Shown here: in pieces, positions 38,809 through 50,813 of the stretch
Numbering within the stretch: the stretch's first letter is position 1
How the letters are laid out: the number at the start of each line of letters is the position of its first letter
Assembly: GCF_031769215.1 (NCBI RefSeq)
Contig: NW_026782092.1
Coordinates: forward strand, 434,001 to 498,000
Source of the DNA: Ylistrum balloti
Taxonomy: Eukaryota
Reading direction: 5' to 3'
Length of the DNA: 64,000 nucleotides
The notes under the pieces: model-generated
What the model saw: the letters and a program-made list of their open reading frames with translations, nothing else
Told to the model about the DNA's origin: nothing
Databases searched by the model: none
Translations under genes and position numbers: made by a program

Positions 38809-39255
38809 ATGAGAAATTTTGCATTTTTCAAAGCCCTATATCTGTTTGCTTCTGTATCGTCAGTTGCTTGCCATGTATGTGAAGAACTTTTTATGAGTAG
38901 TGTGTTCGAATTAAACCAATGTCTTTCCCCGCCTGTGTTTTTGGTATTTGAACAAATTGGCATTCAGCAATGTTCAAGGGAATGCTTGTTACGGACAACG
39001 TGTAAAGCAGTGACTTATAACCTAGAGCATTTGAACTGTTACCTTGGTGATAACGACACATATATCACTTCTTCGTCCAACCAGGAGGAAATAGCATCAA
39101 CAAGAATGATATTGATGGAGTTTGAATCAAAACTTTCAAATTCGTGTGCTTGTCATTCTTGTAATGGGTTCTGGTGGTGTCATAAACCCTGCTTCGACAG
39201 AAAGGTCGATTGGAGCAGTTCTTACGTACAACTGTGCACCTGGAATGATAGCTGA
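38809..39255 (+). CDS. Chimeric family copy 6 (5' from copy 9, 3' from copy 5): signal-PAN plus frameshifted Cys/Trp tail, 148 aa
   Basis: ATG at 38809 (the track starts at the upstream TTG); MRNFAFFKALYLFASVSSVACHVC...CLLRTTC...SCACHSCNGFWWCHKPCFD...CTWNDS*; out-of-frame CCP remnant to ~39408. Confidence 0.7.
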   Translation: MRNFAFFKALYLFASVSSVACHVCEELFMSSVFELNQCLSPPVFLVFEQIGIQQCSRECLLRTTCKAVTYNLEHLNCYLGDNDTYITSSSNQEEIASTRMILMEFESKLSNSCACHSCNGFWWCHKPCFDRKVDWSSSYVQLCTWNDS

Positions 39256-39340
39256 TACTGAAACGGCTGTAATGATAGCTGATACTGAAACGGCTGGAAT
39301 GATAGCTGATAATGAAGCGGCCGGAATGATAGCTGATAGT
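39242..39340 (+). repeat. 27-bp micro-array (GGAATGATAGCTGATACTGAAACGGCT) inside the dead CCP; 3 copies in array unit 1, 4 in later units
   Basis: GMIADTETA-type repeats in ORFs 36463, 39122, 41812, 44509. Confidence 0.9.
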
Positions 39341-41498
39341 GAAGGGGAGACCGCGTGCGAGTGAGATGGAACTTGGACATCAGTGTCACTGTCATGTGAA
39401 TATCTGTGACTGTACAACGTCAAGTGATGTATTTTGCAAACCGGACATGATAGAAATATACCGTGATTATGATTAAATCATTATGAGAGATATCAACATT
39501 AATACAAATATGGAAATAATCCTGGAAAACTGACTTGCTCTGCTGTAAATCAACTTAAATGGATATCATAAATCATAAGTTAATAAGAAGATTCTGCTTC
39601 AATATATCTATTTGAAGGTTTTCCAGTCGTTTCTATTATAATGCTATGGATTTTAGTGTATTATGTTGACAGAAAAGACAGAAAGATTGAGTGTAAATTT
39701 CGCCTGCTGAAATTTCAAGTTCATCTGACCCATCTAACGATATTTTATTTTTAAGAATGCAAGTAAAAGGTCCCGAGCTATTGTAAATGTAGGATTTTGT
39801 CGCTGTTTTTCAGTGGTTTTCGCACATGAAAGTATCACACTAGAATTTTACAACATATCAACAAAACTAACAGAATATAATGAGTTAGTTGTCGTTTATA
39901 TCTGCGATTTTTAGATATTTATCATGCTAACACACTGATTAATGTTTAACTTTATACTTCTTAGCACGCAATTTTTCAGCGTAACATTATCGGGTAAAAT
40001 TAGAAAAAGTCAATAGACGAGACAGGTGAAGCAATCGAAGGTAATTAGGTACAATGGGAAATGGTGATTATTTACCTGTTCAGTGTCTAATTCGTCACAT
40101 CACGCTCAAAAACCCGCTATAATGTATATCATATACTTGAAACATAATATAGCAAATGTGAACAAATGTTTTATTTTTATGTCATTAAGACCTAAGCTTA
40201 CCATTTCATGAACAAAGTCATAAATTTGTTTTTGCCTTTTAACCATAGCGAGTATTCTTTCTCCTCATAGTTCAAGTCTTTTTTCATGTTAAAGTGAAAA
40301 ATGAAATGAAAAAAGTTAATGTGTGCTGGTTTAAAAAGAATTAAGCACATGTACTTCAGGGTAATTGATTATGCTGTAGGATCGAAATTTTTGTTTTATA
40401 AATAGAATCTGAAATGTTAATTTCTTTCCCAAAACCTTCATAAATATCAGTGCGGTCTCTGTTTCCTTTTATCTGGGATCTGCAGAACAAAAATAATCTA
40501 TCTTTGCTGATATGGGTGTTTGGGATTTTTTTGAACAACATCTGTATCTCGAGACATTCCATTGTTTGGCTCTTCTGTATTCAAATCTAAAGTTATATTA
40601 CAAGGTGATTCACCTGTGTATCTTTTGTATTACAATATACAAAAGAGCAGAAGCAGACATTACATCTAAAAAGCTGGACAGAAAAAAAATAACATCAAAA
40701 CAAAAAACAAGAAAAAAAAAAAAAACAAACAAAAAAACAAAACAGAGTGCTGCACTGGTTAAGGTCATAATTACATATTTCCTGATGTACTTCTCTGTAA
40801 CAGAAACGTTGTCGCGAAAGGGGTAAAGGTTTCACTCGAAATTACCCGACATTACGGACATACTTGTCCAAACGATTATATCGAACTTACCCTTTAGTTT
40901 CTAATTGACCTTTAATACCTTCACATGATCACTTTGAATACAGATTCATTATTGGAGAACGAGAACTGGAATTTTTGCGATGAATTGTCTTTCATGAATG
41001 ACATTGTATTCAAAGGATGCGGGATAAAGAAAAAATACAATTTATCAGATAAATCACAATATACACCTCCTTTAGAATAATATTTGTGTTCTAGTCTTGT
41101 GAGTACCTTTGTTTGTTCACGGTTTTGTTAGGAAATAACTGAATTAGGCCAACAGAATTAACAAATCAATAACATTTTTTGTTTTAAACTGCTGTTCTGT
41201 ATTATGCCTGGGGAGTTCCAGTTCCAGAAGGTGAAGAAGTTATGTGATATTGCTTCATGTGTAATGGTGATATTCACTCCGGCATAGCTTATCACTTAGG
41301 TGACGACTTAAGCTTTACGACCGAATCGTCCGCTTGATTTGCGAACACAATGAATCAATGGTCCCTCATTTAATTTTTATCATTTTGAAATCACAGCTGA
41401 TTGGTTACTTTGGGATATCCTAATGTTGCAAGTGCTACTTAGAGTACATTCTGCATTACGATTGTAAGTGTCTTAGTTGGAACATTTCTATCTTGAAG

Positions 41499-41945
41499 AT
41501 GAGAAATTTTGCATTTTTCAAAGCCCTATATCTGTTTGCTTCTGTATCGTCAGTTGCTTGCCATGTATGTGAAGAACTTTTTATGAGTAGCGTGTTCGAA
41601 TTAAACCAATGTCTTTCCCCGCCTGTGTTTTTGGTATTTGAACAAATTGGCATTCAGCAATGTTCAAGGGAATGCTTGTTACGGACAACGTGTAAAGCAG
41701 TGACTTATAACCTAGAGCATTTGAACTGTTACCTTGGTGATAACGACACATATATCACTTCTTCGTCCAACCAGGAGGAAATAGCATCAACAAGAATGAT
41801 ATTGATGGAGTTTGAATCAAAACTTTCAAATTCGTGTGCTTGTCATTCTTGTAATGGGTTCTGGTGGTGTCATAAACCCTGCTTCGACAGAAAGGTCGAT
41901 TGGAGCAGTTCTTACGTACAACTGTGCACCTGGAATGATAGCTGA
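41499..41945 (+). CDS. Chimeric family copy 7, same protein as copy 6
   Basis: Identical translation in the ORF track. Confidence 0.7.
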   Translation: MRNFAFFKALYLFASVSSVACHVCEELFMSSVFELNQCLSPPVFLVFEQIGIQQCSRECLLRTTCKAVTYNLEHLNCYLGDNDTYITSSSNQEEIASTRMILMEFESKLSNSCACHSCNGFWWCHKPCFDRKVDWSSSYVQLCTWNDS

Positions 41946-44195
41946 TACTGAAACGGCTGTAATGATAGCTGATACTGAAACGGCTGGAATGATAGCTGAT
42001 AATGAAGCGGCCGGAATGATAGCTGATAGTGAAGGGGAGACCGCGTGCGAGTGAGATGGAACTTGGACATCAGTGTCACTGTCATGTGAATATCTGTGAC
42101 TGTACAACGTCAAGTGATGTATTTTGCAAACCGGACATGATAGAAATATACCGTGATTATGATTAAATCATTATGAGAGATATCAACATTAATACAAATA
42201 TGGAAATAATCCTGAAAAACTGACTTGCTCTGCTGTAAATCAACTTAAATGGATATCATAAATCATAAGTTAATAAGAAGATTCTGCTTCAATATATCTA
42301 TTTGAAGGTTTTCCAGTCGTTTCTATTATAATGCTATGGATTTTAGTGTATTATGTTGACAGAAAAGACAGAAAGATTGAGTGTAAATTTCGCCTGCTGA
42401 AATTTCAAGTTCATCTGACCCATCTAACGATATTTTATTTTTAAGAATGCAAGTAAAAGGTCCCGAGCTATTGTAAATGTAGGCTTTTTCACTGTTTTTC
42501 AGTGGTTTTCGCACATGAAAGTATCACACTAGAATTTTACAACATATCAACAAAACTAACAGAATATAATGAGTTAGTTGTCGTTTATATCTGCGATTTT
42601 TAGATATTTATCATGCTAACACACTGATTAATGTTTAACTTTATACTTCTTAGCACGCAATTTTTCAGCGTAACATTATCGGGTAAAATTAGAAAAAGTC
42701 AATAGACGAGACAGGTGAAGCAATCGAAGGTAATTAGGTACAATGGGAAATGGTGATTATTTACATGTTCAGTGTCTAATTCGTCACATCACGCTCAAAA
42801 ACCCGCTATAATGTATATCATATACTTGAAACATAATATAGCAAATGTGAACAAATGTTCTATTTTTATGTCATTAAGACCTAAGCTTACCATTTCATGA
42901 ACAAAGTCATAAATTTGTTTTTGCCTTTTAACCATAGCGAGTATTCTTTCTCCTCATAGTTCAAGTCTTTTTTCATGTTAAAGTGAAAAATGAAATGAAA
43001 AAAGTTAATGTGTGCTGGTTTAAAAAGAATTAAGCACATGTACTTCAGGGTAATTGATTATGCTGTAGGATCGAAATTTTTGTTTTATAAATAAAATCTG
43101 AAATGTTAATTTCTTTCCCAAAACCTTCATAAATATCACATTAAGTGCGGTCTCTGTTTCCTTTTATCTGGGATCTGCAGAACAAAAATAATCTATCTTT
43201 GCTGATATGGGTGTTTGGGATTTTTTTGAACAACATCTGTATCTCGAGACATTCCATTGTTTGGCTCTTCTGTATTCAAATCTAAAGTTATATTACAAGG
43301 TGATTCACCTGTGTATCTTTTGTATTACAATATACAAAAGAGCAGAAGCAGACATTACATCTAAAAAGCTGGACAGAAAAAAATAACATCAAAACAAAAA
43401 ACAAGAAAAAAAAAAAAAAAAAAAAACAAAAAAACAAAACAGAGTGCTGCACTGGTTAAGGTCATAATTACATATTTCCTGATGTACTTCTCTGTAACAG
43501 AAACGTTGTCGCGAAAGGGGTAAAGGTTTCACTCGAAATTACCCGACATTACGGACATACTTGTCCAAACGATTATATCGAACTTACCCTTTAGTTTCTA
43601 ATTGACCTTTAATACCTTCACATGATCACTTTGAATACAGATTCATTATTGGAGAACGAGAACTGGAATTTTTGCGATGAATTGTCTTTCATGAATGACA
43701 TTGTATTCAAAGGATGCGGGATAAAGAAAAAATACAATTTATCAGATAAATCACAATATACACCTCCTTTAGAATAATATTTGTGTTCTAGTCTTGTGAG
43801 TACCTTTGTTTGTTCACGGTTTTGTTAGGAAATAACTGAATTAGGCCAACATAATTAACAAATCAATAACATTTTTTGTTTTAAACTGCTGTTCTGTATT
43901 ATGCCTGGGGAGTTCCAGTTCCAGAAGGTGAAGAAGTTATGTGATATTGCTTCATGTGTAATGGTGATATTCACTCCGGCATAGCTTATCACTTAGGTGA
44001 CGACTTAAGCTTTACGACCGAATCGTCCGCTTGATTTGCGAACACAATGAATCAATGGTCCCTCATTTAATTTTTATCATTTTGAAATCACAGCTGATTG
44101 GTTACTTTGGGATATCCTAATGTTGCAAGTGCTACTTAGAGTACATTCTGCATTACGATTGTAAGTGTCTTAGTTGGAACATTTCTATCTTGAAG

Positions 44196-44642
44196 ATGAG
44201 AAATTTTGCATTTTTCAAAGCCCTATATCTGTTTGCTTCTGTATCGTCAGTTGCTTGCCATGTATGTGAAGAACTTTTTATGAGTAGCGTGTTCGAATTA
44301 AACCAATGTCTTTCCCCGCCTGTGTTTTTGGTATTTGAACAAATTGGCATTCAGCAATGTTCAAGGGAATGCTTGTTACGGACAACGTGTAAAGCAGTGA
44401 CTTATAACCTAGAGCATTTGAACTGTTACCTTGGTGATAACGACACATATATCACTTCTTCGTCCAACCAGGAGGAAATAGCATCAACAAGAATGATATT
44501 GATGGAGTTTGAATCAAAACTTTCAAATTCGTGTGCTTGTCATTCTTGTAATGGGTTCTGGTGGTGTCATAAACCCTGCTTCGACAGAAAGGTCGATTGG
44601 AGCAGTTCTTACGTACAACTGTGCACCTGGAATGATAGCTGA
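44196..44642 (+). CDS. Chimeric family copy 8, same protein as copy 6
   Basis: Identical translation in the ORF track. Confidence 0.7.
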   Translation: MRNFAFFKALYLFASVSSVACHVCEELFMSSVFELNQCLSPPVFLVFEQIGIQQCSRECLLRTTCKAVTYNLEHLNCYLGDNDTYITSSSNQEEIASTRMILMEFESKLSNSCACHSCNGFWWCHKPCFDRKVDWSSSYVQLCTWNDS

Positions 44643-46879
44643 TACTGAAACGGCTGGAATGATAGCTGATACTGAAACGGCTGGAATGATAGCTGATAAT
44701 GAAGCGGCCGGAATGATAGCTGATAGTGAAGGGGAGACCGCGTGCGAGTGAGATGGAACTTGGACATCAGTGTCACTGTCATGTGAATATCTGTGACTGT
44801 ACAACGTCAAGTGATGTATTTTGCAAACCGGACATGATAGAAATATACCGTGATTATGATTAAATCATTATGAGAGATATCAACATTAATACAAATATGG
44901 AAATAATCCTGAAAAACTGACTTGCTCTGCTGTAAATCAACTTAAATGGATATCATAAATCATAAGTTAATAAGAAGATTCTGCTTCAATATATCTATTT
45001 GAAGGTTTTCCAGTCGTTTCTATTATAATGCTATGGATTTTAGTGTATTATGTTGACAGAAAAGACAGAAAGATTGAGTGTAAATTTCGCCTACTGAAAT
45101 TTCAAGTTCATCTGACCCATCTAACGATATTTTATTTTTAAGAATGCAAGTAAAAGGTCCCGAGCTATTGTAAATGTAGGCTTTTTCACTGTTTTTCAGT
45201 GGTTTTCGCACATGAAAGTATCACACTAGAATTTTACAACATATCAACAAAACTAACAGAATATAATGAGTTAGTTGTCGTTTATATCTGCGATTTTTAG
45301 ATATTTATCATGCTAACACACTGATTAATGTTTAACTTTATACTTCTTAGCACGCAATTTTTCAGCGTAACATTATCGGGTAAAATTAGAAAAAGTCAAT
45401 AGACGAGACAGGTGAAGCAATCGAAGGTAATTAGGTACAATGGGAAATGGTGATTATTTACATGTTCAGTGTCTAATTCGTCACATCACGCTCAAAAACC
45501 CGCTATAATGTATATCATATACTTGAAACATAATATAGCAAATGTGAACAAATGTTCTATTTTTATGTCATTAAGACCTAAGCTTACCATTTCATGAACA
45601 AAGTCATAAATTTGTTTTTGCCTTTTAACCATAGCGAGTATTCTTTCTCCTCATAGTTCAAGTCTTTTTTCATGTTAAAGTGAAAAATGAAATGAAAAAA
45701 GTTAATGTGTGCTGGTTTAAAAAGAATTAAGCACATGTACTTCAGGGTAATTGATTATGCTGTAGGATCGAAATTTTTGTTTTATAAATAAAATCTGAAA
45801 TGTTAATTTCTTTCCCAAAACCTTCATAAATATCACATTAAGTGCGGTCTCTGTTTCCTTTTATCTGGGATCTGCAGAACAAAAATAATCTATCTTTGCT
45901 GATATGGGTGTTTGGGATTTTTTTTAAACAACATCTGTATCTCGAGACATTCCATTGTTTGGCTCTTCTGTATTCAAATCTAAAGTTATATTACAAGGTG
46001 ATTCACCTGTGTATCTTTTGTATTACAATATACAAAAGAGCAGAAGCAGACATTACATCTAAAAAGCTGGACAGAAAAAAATAACATCAAAACAAAAAAC
46101 AAGAAAAAAAAAAAAAAAAAAAACAGAGTGCTGCACTGGTTAAGGTCATAATTACATAATTCCTGATGTACTCCTCTGTAACAGAAACGTTGTCGCGAAA
46201 GGGGTAAAGGTTTCACTCGAAATTACCCGACATTACGGACATACTTGTCCAAACGATTATATCGAACTTACCCTTTAGTTTCTAATTGACCTTTAATACC
46301 TTCACATGATCACTTTGAATACAGATTCATTATTGGAGAACGAGAACTGGAATTTTTGCGATGAATTGTCTTTCATGAATGACATTGTATTCAAAGGATG
46401 CGGGATAAAGAAAAAATACAATTTATCAGATAAATCACCATATACACCTCCTTTAGAATAATATTTGTGTTCTAGTCTTGTGAGTACCTTTGTTTGTTCA
46501 CGGTTTTGTTAGGAAATAACTGAATTAGGCCAACAGAATTAACAAATCAATAACATTTTTTGTTCTAAACTGCTGTTCTGTATTATGCCTGGGGAGTTCC
46601 AGTTCCAGAAGGTGAAGAAGTTATGTGATATTGCTTCATGTGTAATGGTGATATTCACTCCGGCATAGCTTATCACTTAGGTGACGACTTAAGCGTTACG
46701 ACCGAATCGTCCGCTTGATTTGCGAACACAATGAATCAATGGTCCCTCATTTAATTTTTATCATTTTGAAATCACAGCTGATTGGTTACTTTGGGATATC
46801 CTAATGTTGCAAGTGCTACTTAGAGTACATTCTGCATTACGATTGTAAGTGTCTTAGTTGGAACATTTCTATCTTGAAG

Positions 46880-47563
46880 ATGAGAAATTTTGCATTTTTC
46901 AAAGCCCTATATCTGTTTGCTTCTGTATCGTCAGTTGCTTGCCATGTATGTGAAGAACTTTTTATGAGTAGTGTGTTCGAATTAAACCAATGTCTTTCCC
47001 CGCCTGTGTTTTTGGTATTTGAACAAATTGGCATTCAGCAATGTTCAAGGGAATGCTTGTTACGGACAAATTGTACAGCCGTGGCTTATAACTTAAATAA
47101 TATGAACTGTTACCTTGGTGATAGTGACACATATATCACTTCTTCGTCCAACCGGGAGGAAATGGCATCAACAAGAACGATATTGATGCAGTTTGAATCA
47201 AAACTTTTAAAGTCATGTGCTGGTCATTCCTGTGATAATTCGTCAGTGTGTGTGGAGTTGACCAGTGGAGAATCCAAATGCATAGATTGGGTGAAGCCAG
47301 ACACATCCAGTAGCGAACTACACGGCTTTGAAGTTGAACAACCCATATCATCATTCAACATGCAAGTCAGTGTAACAAAGGACCAGATCCAGTGTGGAAA
47401 TCCCCCGACCATACAAGGTGCAAATAACCCAACTTCAACAGACAGATCAGTTGGGACGGTTCTCGTATACACTTGTCAGACTGGACTTGAATCTAAGGGT
47501 GAAACGGAGACTACATGCAAATCAGACGGACAATGGTCATCACTGTCATTAACCTGTACTTGA
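46880..47563 (+). CDS. Family copy 9 (parent B): intact signal-PAN-EGF-linker-CCP, no lectin domain, 227 aa
   Basis: Open ORF ending CGNPPTIQGA...YTCQTG...TCKSDGQWSSLSLTCT*. Confidence 0.88.
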   Translation: MRNFAFFKALYLFASVSSVACHVCEELFMSSVFELNQCLSPPVFLVFEQIGIQQCSRECLLRTNCTAVAYNLNNMNCYLGDSDTYITSSSNREEMASTRTILMQFESKLLKSCAGHSCDNSSVCVELTSGESKCIDWVKPDTSSSELHGFEVEQPISSFNMQVSVTKDQIQCGNPPTIQGANNPTSTDRSVGTVLVYTCQTGLESKGETETTCKSDGQWSSLSLTCT

Positions 47564-47727
47564 TTCGTGATCGCGCATAATTCATAAGATGATAAGGATG
47601 TGGCCCATGTGCGCTGTTATGCATGAACAATATACGGGCAACTGGTAAAATGAGTTACACAAGAATGATGGACAATGGTGTGTACTTATTTCATGGCAAA
47701 TACAAAGGACCTATTTCAACTGTTTAA

Positions 47728-48164
47728 AGGTACATGTAATTTTGCCCAAATCCCAATTTAATCTTTATTGTGCGTTATTTGTAACACCCCAGTAAAAGAA
47801 TGTATGTTTTTAAAAAAAATCCAAAAGTCACCTATAGTCTGAGCTATGACCTTTATGTATTTTATTATCCTTGACATGGGTGTGAGCCAGGGTGTACATC
47901 TTACTAAAGAACTTGTTAAAAAACTTATAATTATAAATCATTGAATTGTGTCAAACGCTCTTCATTAAAGTATGATGCATGTTTTTAACCCAAATATAAA
48001 GCTAAGTCTTACAAATATAAAAAGTTATGGAAGTTTTAACTGGGGGAAAATAATAATTTTTAAAGAAAATTGCATTAAAGTCAAGTTCTGGAAAAGTGTT
48101 TAACAAATTTACAATCGCTGTTCACCCAAAATATTTACACATTTTTGGACACTTATATGTACTT
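47728..48164. mobile_element. 437-bp terminal unit with its own short imperfect TIRs after a TTAA (KolobokP LTDR-like, tentative)
   Basis: TTAA|AGGTACATGTAATTTT ... ACACTTATATGTACTT (12/16 inverted match); directly abuts a SWIM-transposase remnant. Confidence 0.45.
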
Positions 48165-48467
48165 AGAGTACCGAAAGTTTCGTCGAATACCGGGAACGGT
48201 ACAATTGTTCCGAGGACAGATTTTCTTGCGAAGACAAAATAAAAAAATATTTCAAAATTTATTAGGATGCTTGTCTTTTCATAATGGAACATAACCAAAA
48301 GGGCATGGCTATTACATACATGTGTTAAAACACGGAATTTTTGTTTTAAGTAAAATTTATAATCCATCATAAGCCAAACTCCAGGCATACAATGATAATA
48401 ATTCAAAAATATTAATTACTTTTGTCAATTCAGCTTTCTGATTTCTTTGAGACATTGACATGTTAGC

Positions 48468-49100
48468 TCAAAGAATCTTTAAGCTTGTTACTGTGTGGTT
48501 GCATTGGCTTCTGATGTTCCGAACGCAATAATATCCCAAGTAATATATTATTGGTGCAACGTGGGCACAGATGCCACAGGTTTTTTTTCCTGCAAGACAT
48601 AAACAATAATATGTCTTCATAGGATCGTCAGATTCATTCTCGTCAAACTGAATCCAGCTTGTGAGGAGAATGAATCTGTCCTCGAATGTTATCATCATGG
48701 TGCTGGTTGACCCAAACCTGATCATCATCGCTTTATGTTTGATGTTCCACAATGTAACCGGGTAACTGTCTGTACCGCATGTGATGGTCTCCAGATATTC
48801 CAGACCCACACGAGTCAATGAGATATCGGATGCTTCAAATTTCTGCCATTCACTCTTAGCGTGTAACTCGCTTTGCCATAGCATTGCCTTTTTTGTAGGA
48901 ACAAAATCATTCGCCGAGTCAAGTTAGTACCTTGTTCCAATCGAATTGGATCTGAAACATATATGTGATATCTTAAGGCATTCAGACATGAAGTTACTAA
49001 CTTGCCAATGACCGCAATGAAGTAATTTGATGGAAGCTGATTCTTGAAAAGTACCCACTTCTTTAGACGTCCATGGTAGGACTCTGCAAATCATTGTGTT
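48468..49100 (-). pseudogene. Frameshifted C-terminal transposase remnant with SWIM zinc finger (same family as 2843-3399)
   Basis: WQKFEASD...EYLETITCG, alternate frame YIVEH...IRGQIHSPH, then WIQFDE...YYCLCLAGKKTCGICAHVAPIIYYLGY. Confidence 0.7.
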
Positions 49101-50667
49101 TTGGTGCAACAGGCAGCACTATAGACATGTACTTTAAATAGGTTTTTTTTGCTCGGTTTTACTAAGCAGAACATAATTGTTTATATCAATCATTGTATCA
49201 TGATGAAAAATGCTTCCGATAAGATATTTAGAACATACACGAGTATCAGGGAGGCACCAAAGTAAATAATTATGGATAAGGGAGTGACGGAGAGAATATT
49301 TATATATACCTGTCGTTATACTCTAAACCTAAAGAACACTTCCGATGTGAAGAGCGTTCTTCAAATCTTCAATGTGAAGAAGAGGTAGATGTGTAGGTTT
49401 CGTTTCCTTGTCATTTGGATTATCCTCAGTCTCCTCAAATGAATCGCATGTAACCTTAGAATCATTATAACTCTGAGTGTCGTTCTTTGCGCCAAGTCGT
49501 GGTCTTTTTCTAGGGTACCTAATGTACCTCCACTCTCTACAGCCAGCCCCTCTGTGTTAAGCATATGTTTCAACCAAACATTTCGAGGAGAATCTAGACT
49601 TCTTGTTGGTTTGAAGTTCTTTCTTTGATTTTTTAAATCTTGTTATGTAGATAAATCAAACAAGTAAAGAAACAGCAAAACTTATGAACAGGTTTAGGTA
49701 ACTAAGGTGTGGTACTAAATGTGCAATTTTAGTACAAAGTACTATAGTAGACCATAGAATATAACAGCTACCGCATTTTTAAACACTTCTGTGTCATTCA
49801 ATGATGAACTGATTCTAGGAAAATGTGTTGCCTGAATAACAAGCCATTGCTTAATGACAGCATCAATTACAACTGATGAATTACTTTTATATAATAATTG
49901 TTTCGCTTATTGGCAGTGCGAACTAATTTTGCTCATAAATTGTGTATCTGGTGAGTTCTGGACAAGGTTCACCATTTTTTGGCCTTCAGCTGCTTAGCCC
50001 AGCTTCAGCTTGAATGTTTTTACACAAGGAGCGATACTGCCAACTTATTGATTCATTAATGATGCACAGAATGCTTTGATATACATTTCATATCTAAATA
50101 AACAAGTACAGGTCAAGTAAGCCTTTCCTGTTTATATTTCAATGAGGCAACATGCGATTAAATATTATTTTCAATTAAAGACACATCGAAATATTGAATG
50201 AAATTGAAATAAACATATATTTAAAATAACACTCTGGATAAAATGTCAGAAATAATGGTAGATTCCTGATTCTACCATTACAAGAAAATCTGTCCCTGGA
50301 ACAGTTTTACCGGTTTTCTGTTTTTGTTAATCTGTATACATGTGTAGTCGTTTGTGAAATATTTCTGGTGACTATCATGTAGCTCAATCATTACTAGATT
50401 AGCTATTTATATTAATGGAGTGAGTTATCTCGGTAGATATAGAACAAAGATACCAAATATCGTAGATCTATATCTTTAACTTCTCTTTGATCTCCACATT
50501 GTATAATGTCAATGCATGAGTTCTATTAGTTTTCTAGGTAAATAAATCCGTTGTCATAATCAACAATGTTTATATTGATTACTTGTGTTGAAATAAAAAT
50601 ATTAGGATGAGTGGAGCCTCATGCTCCCTGAAAATATAATCCTCTCAGGCTTGTTAATGATTATATT

Positions 50668-50813
50668 TAGTCGAATCTCGTTATGTATAAGCCAGTGAGA
50701 CTGTGGGAAAAGTTCAAGATAACCAAGTATTCGATTTAAGTGGGTTTGGTGCGGTAACTTCGAATTAAACGGGTCTTCGCTTTAGAAGAGTTCGAGATAA
50801 AGAGGTTAGACTG
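50668..50813. mobile_element. Second, more decayed copy of the ~150-bp Tc1/pogo-type MITE family
   Basis: TAGTCGAATCTCGTTAT ... GTTCGAGATAAAGAGGTTAGACTG|TA; same TIR as 7638-7789. Confidence 0.7.

Larger units (their letters stand above)
36330..47069 (+). repeat. Tandem segmental array, 4 units of ~2.66-2.70 kb, ~99% identical by eye
   Basis: ORF starts at 38803/41493/44190/46874 (periods 2690, 2697, 2684). The array begins and ends at TTACGGACAA (36330, 47060) in the PAN core. Confidence 0.97.

Noticed and set aside
38766-39423. Minus-strand ORFs repeated in each unit (MPICSNT..., MTLYSHR...) and plus-strand MNQNFQ... ORFs
   Set aside because: Antisense shadows or the out-of-frame CCP remnant, not independent genes
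36330-47069. Array as pure assembly stutter
   Set aside because: Units carry patterned SNPs/indels and the termini form a coherent chimera model; read-level confirmation is still needed
49330-49620. Coding-like minus-strand stretch (KNFKPTRSLDSPRNVWLKHML...)
   Set aside because: Frameshifted, with no recognisable family or splice partner; cannot be supported
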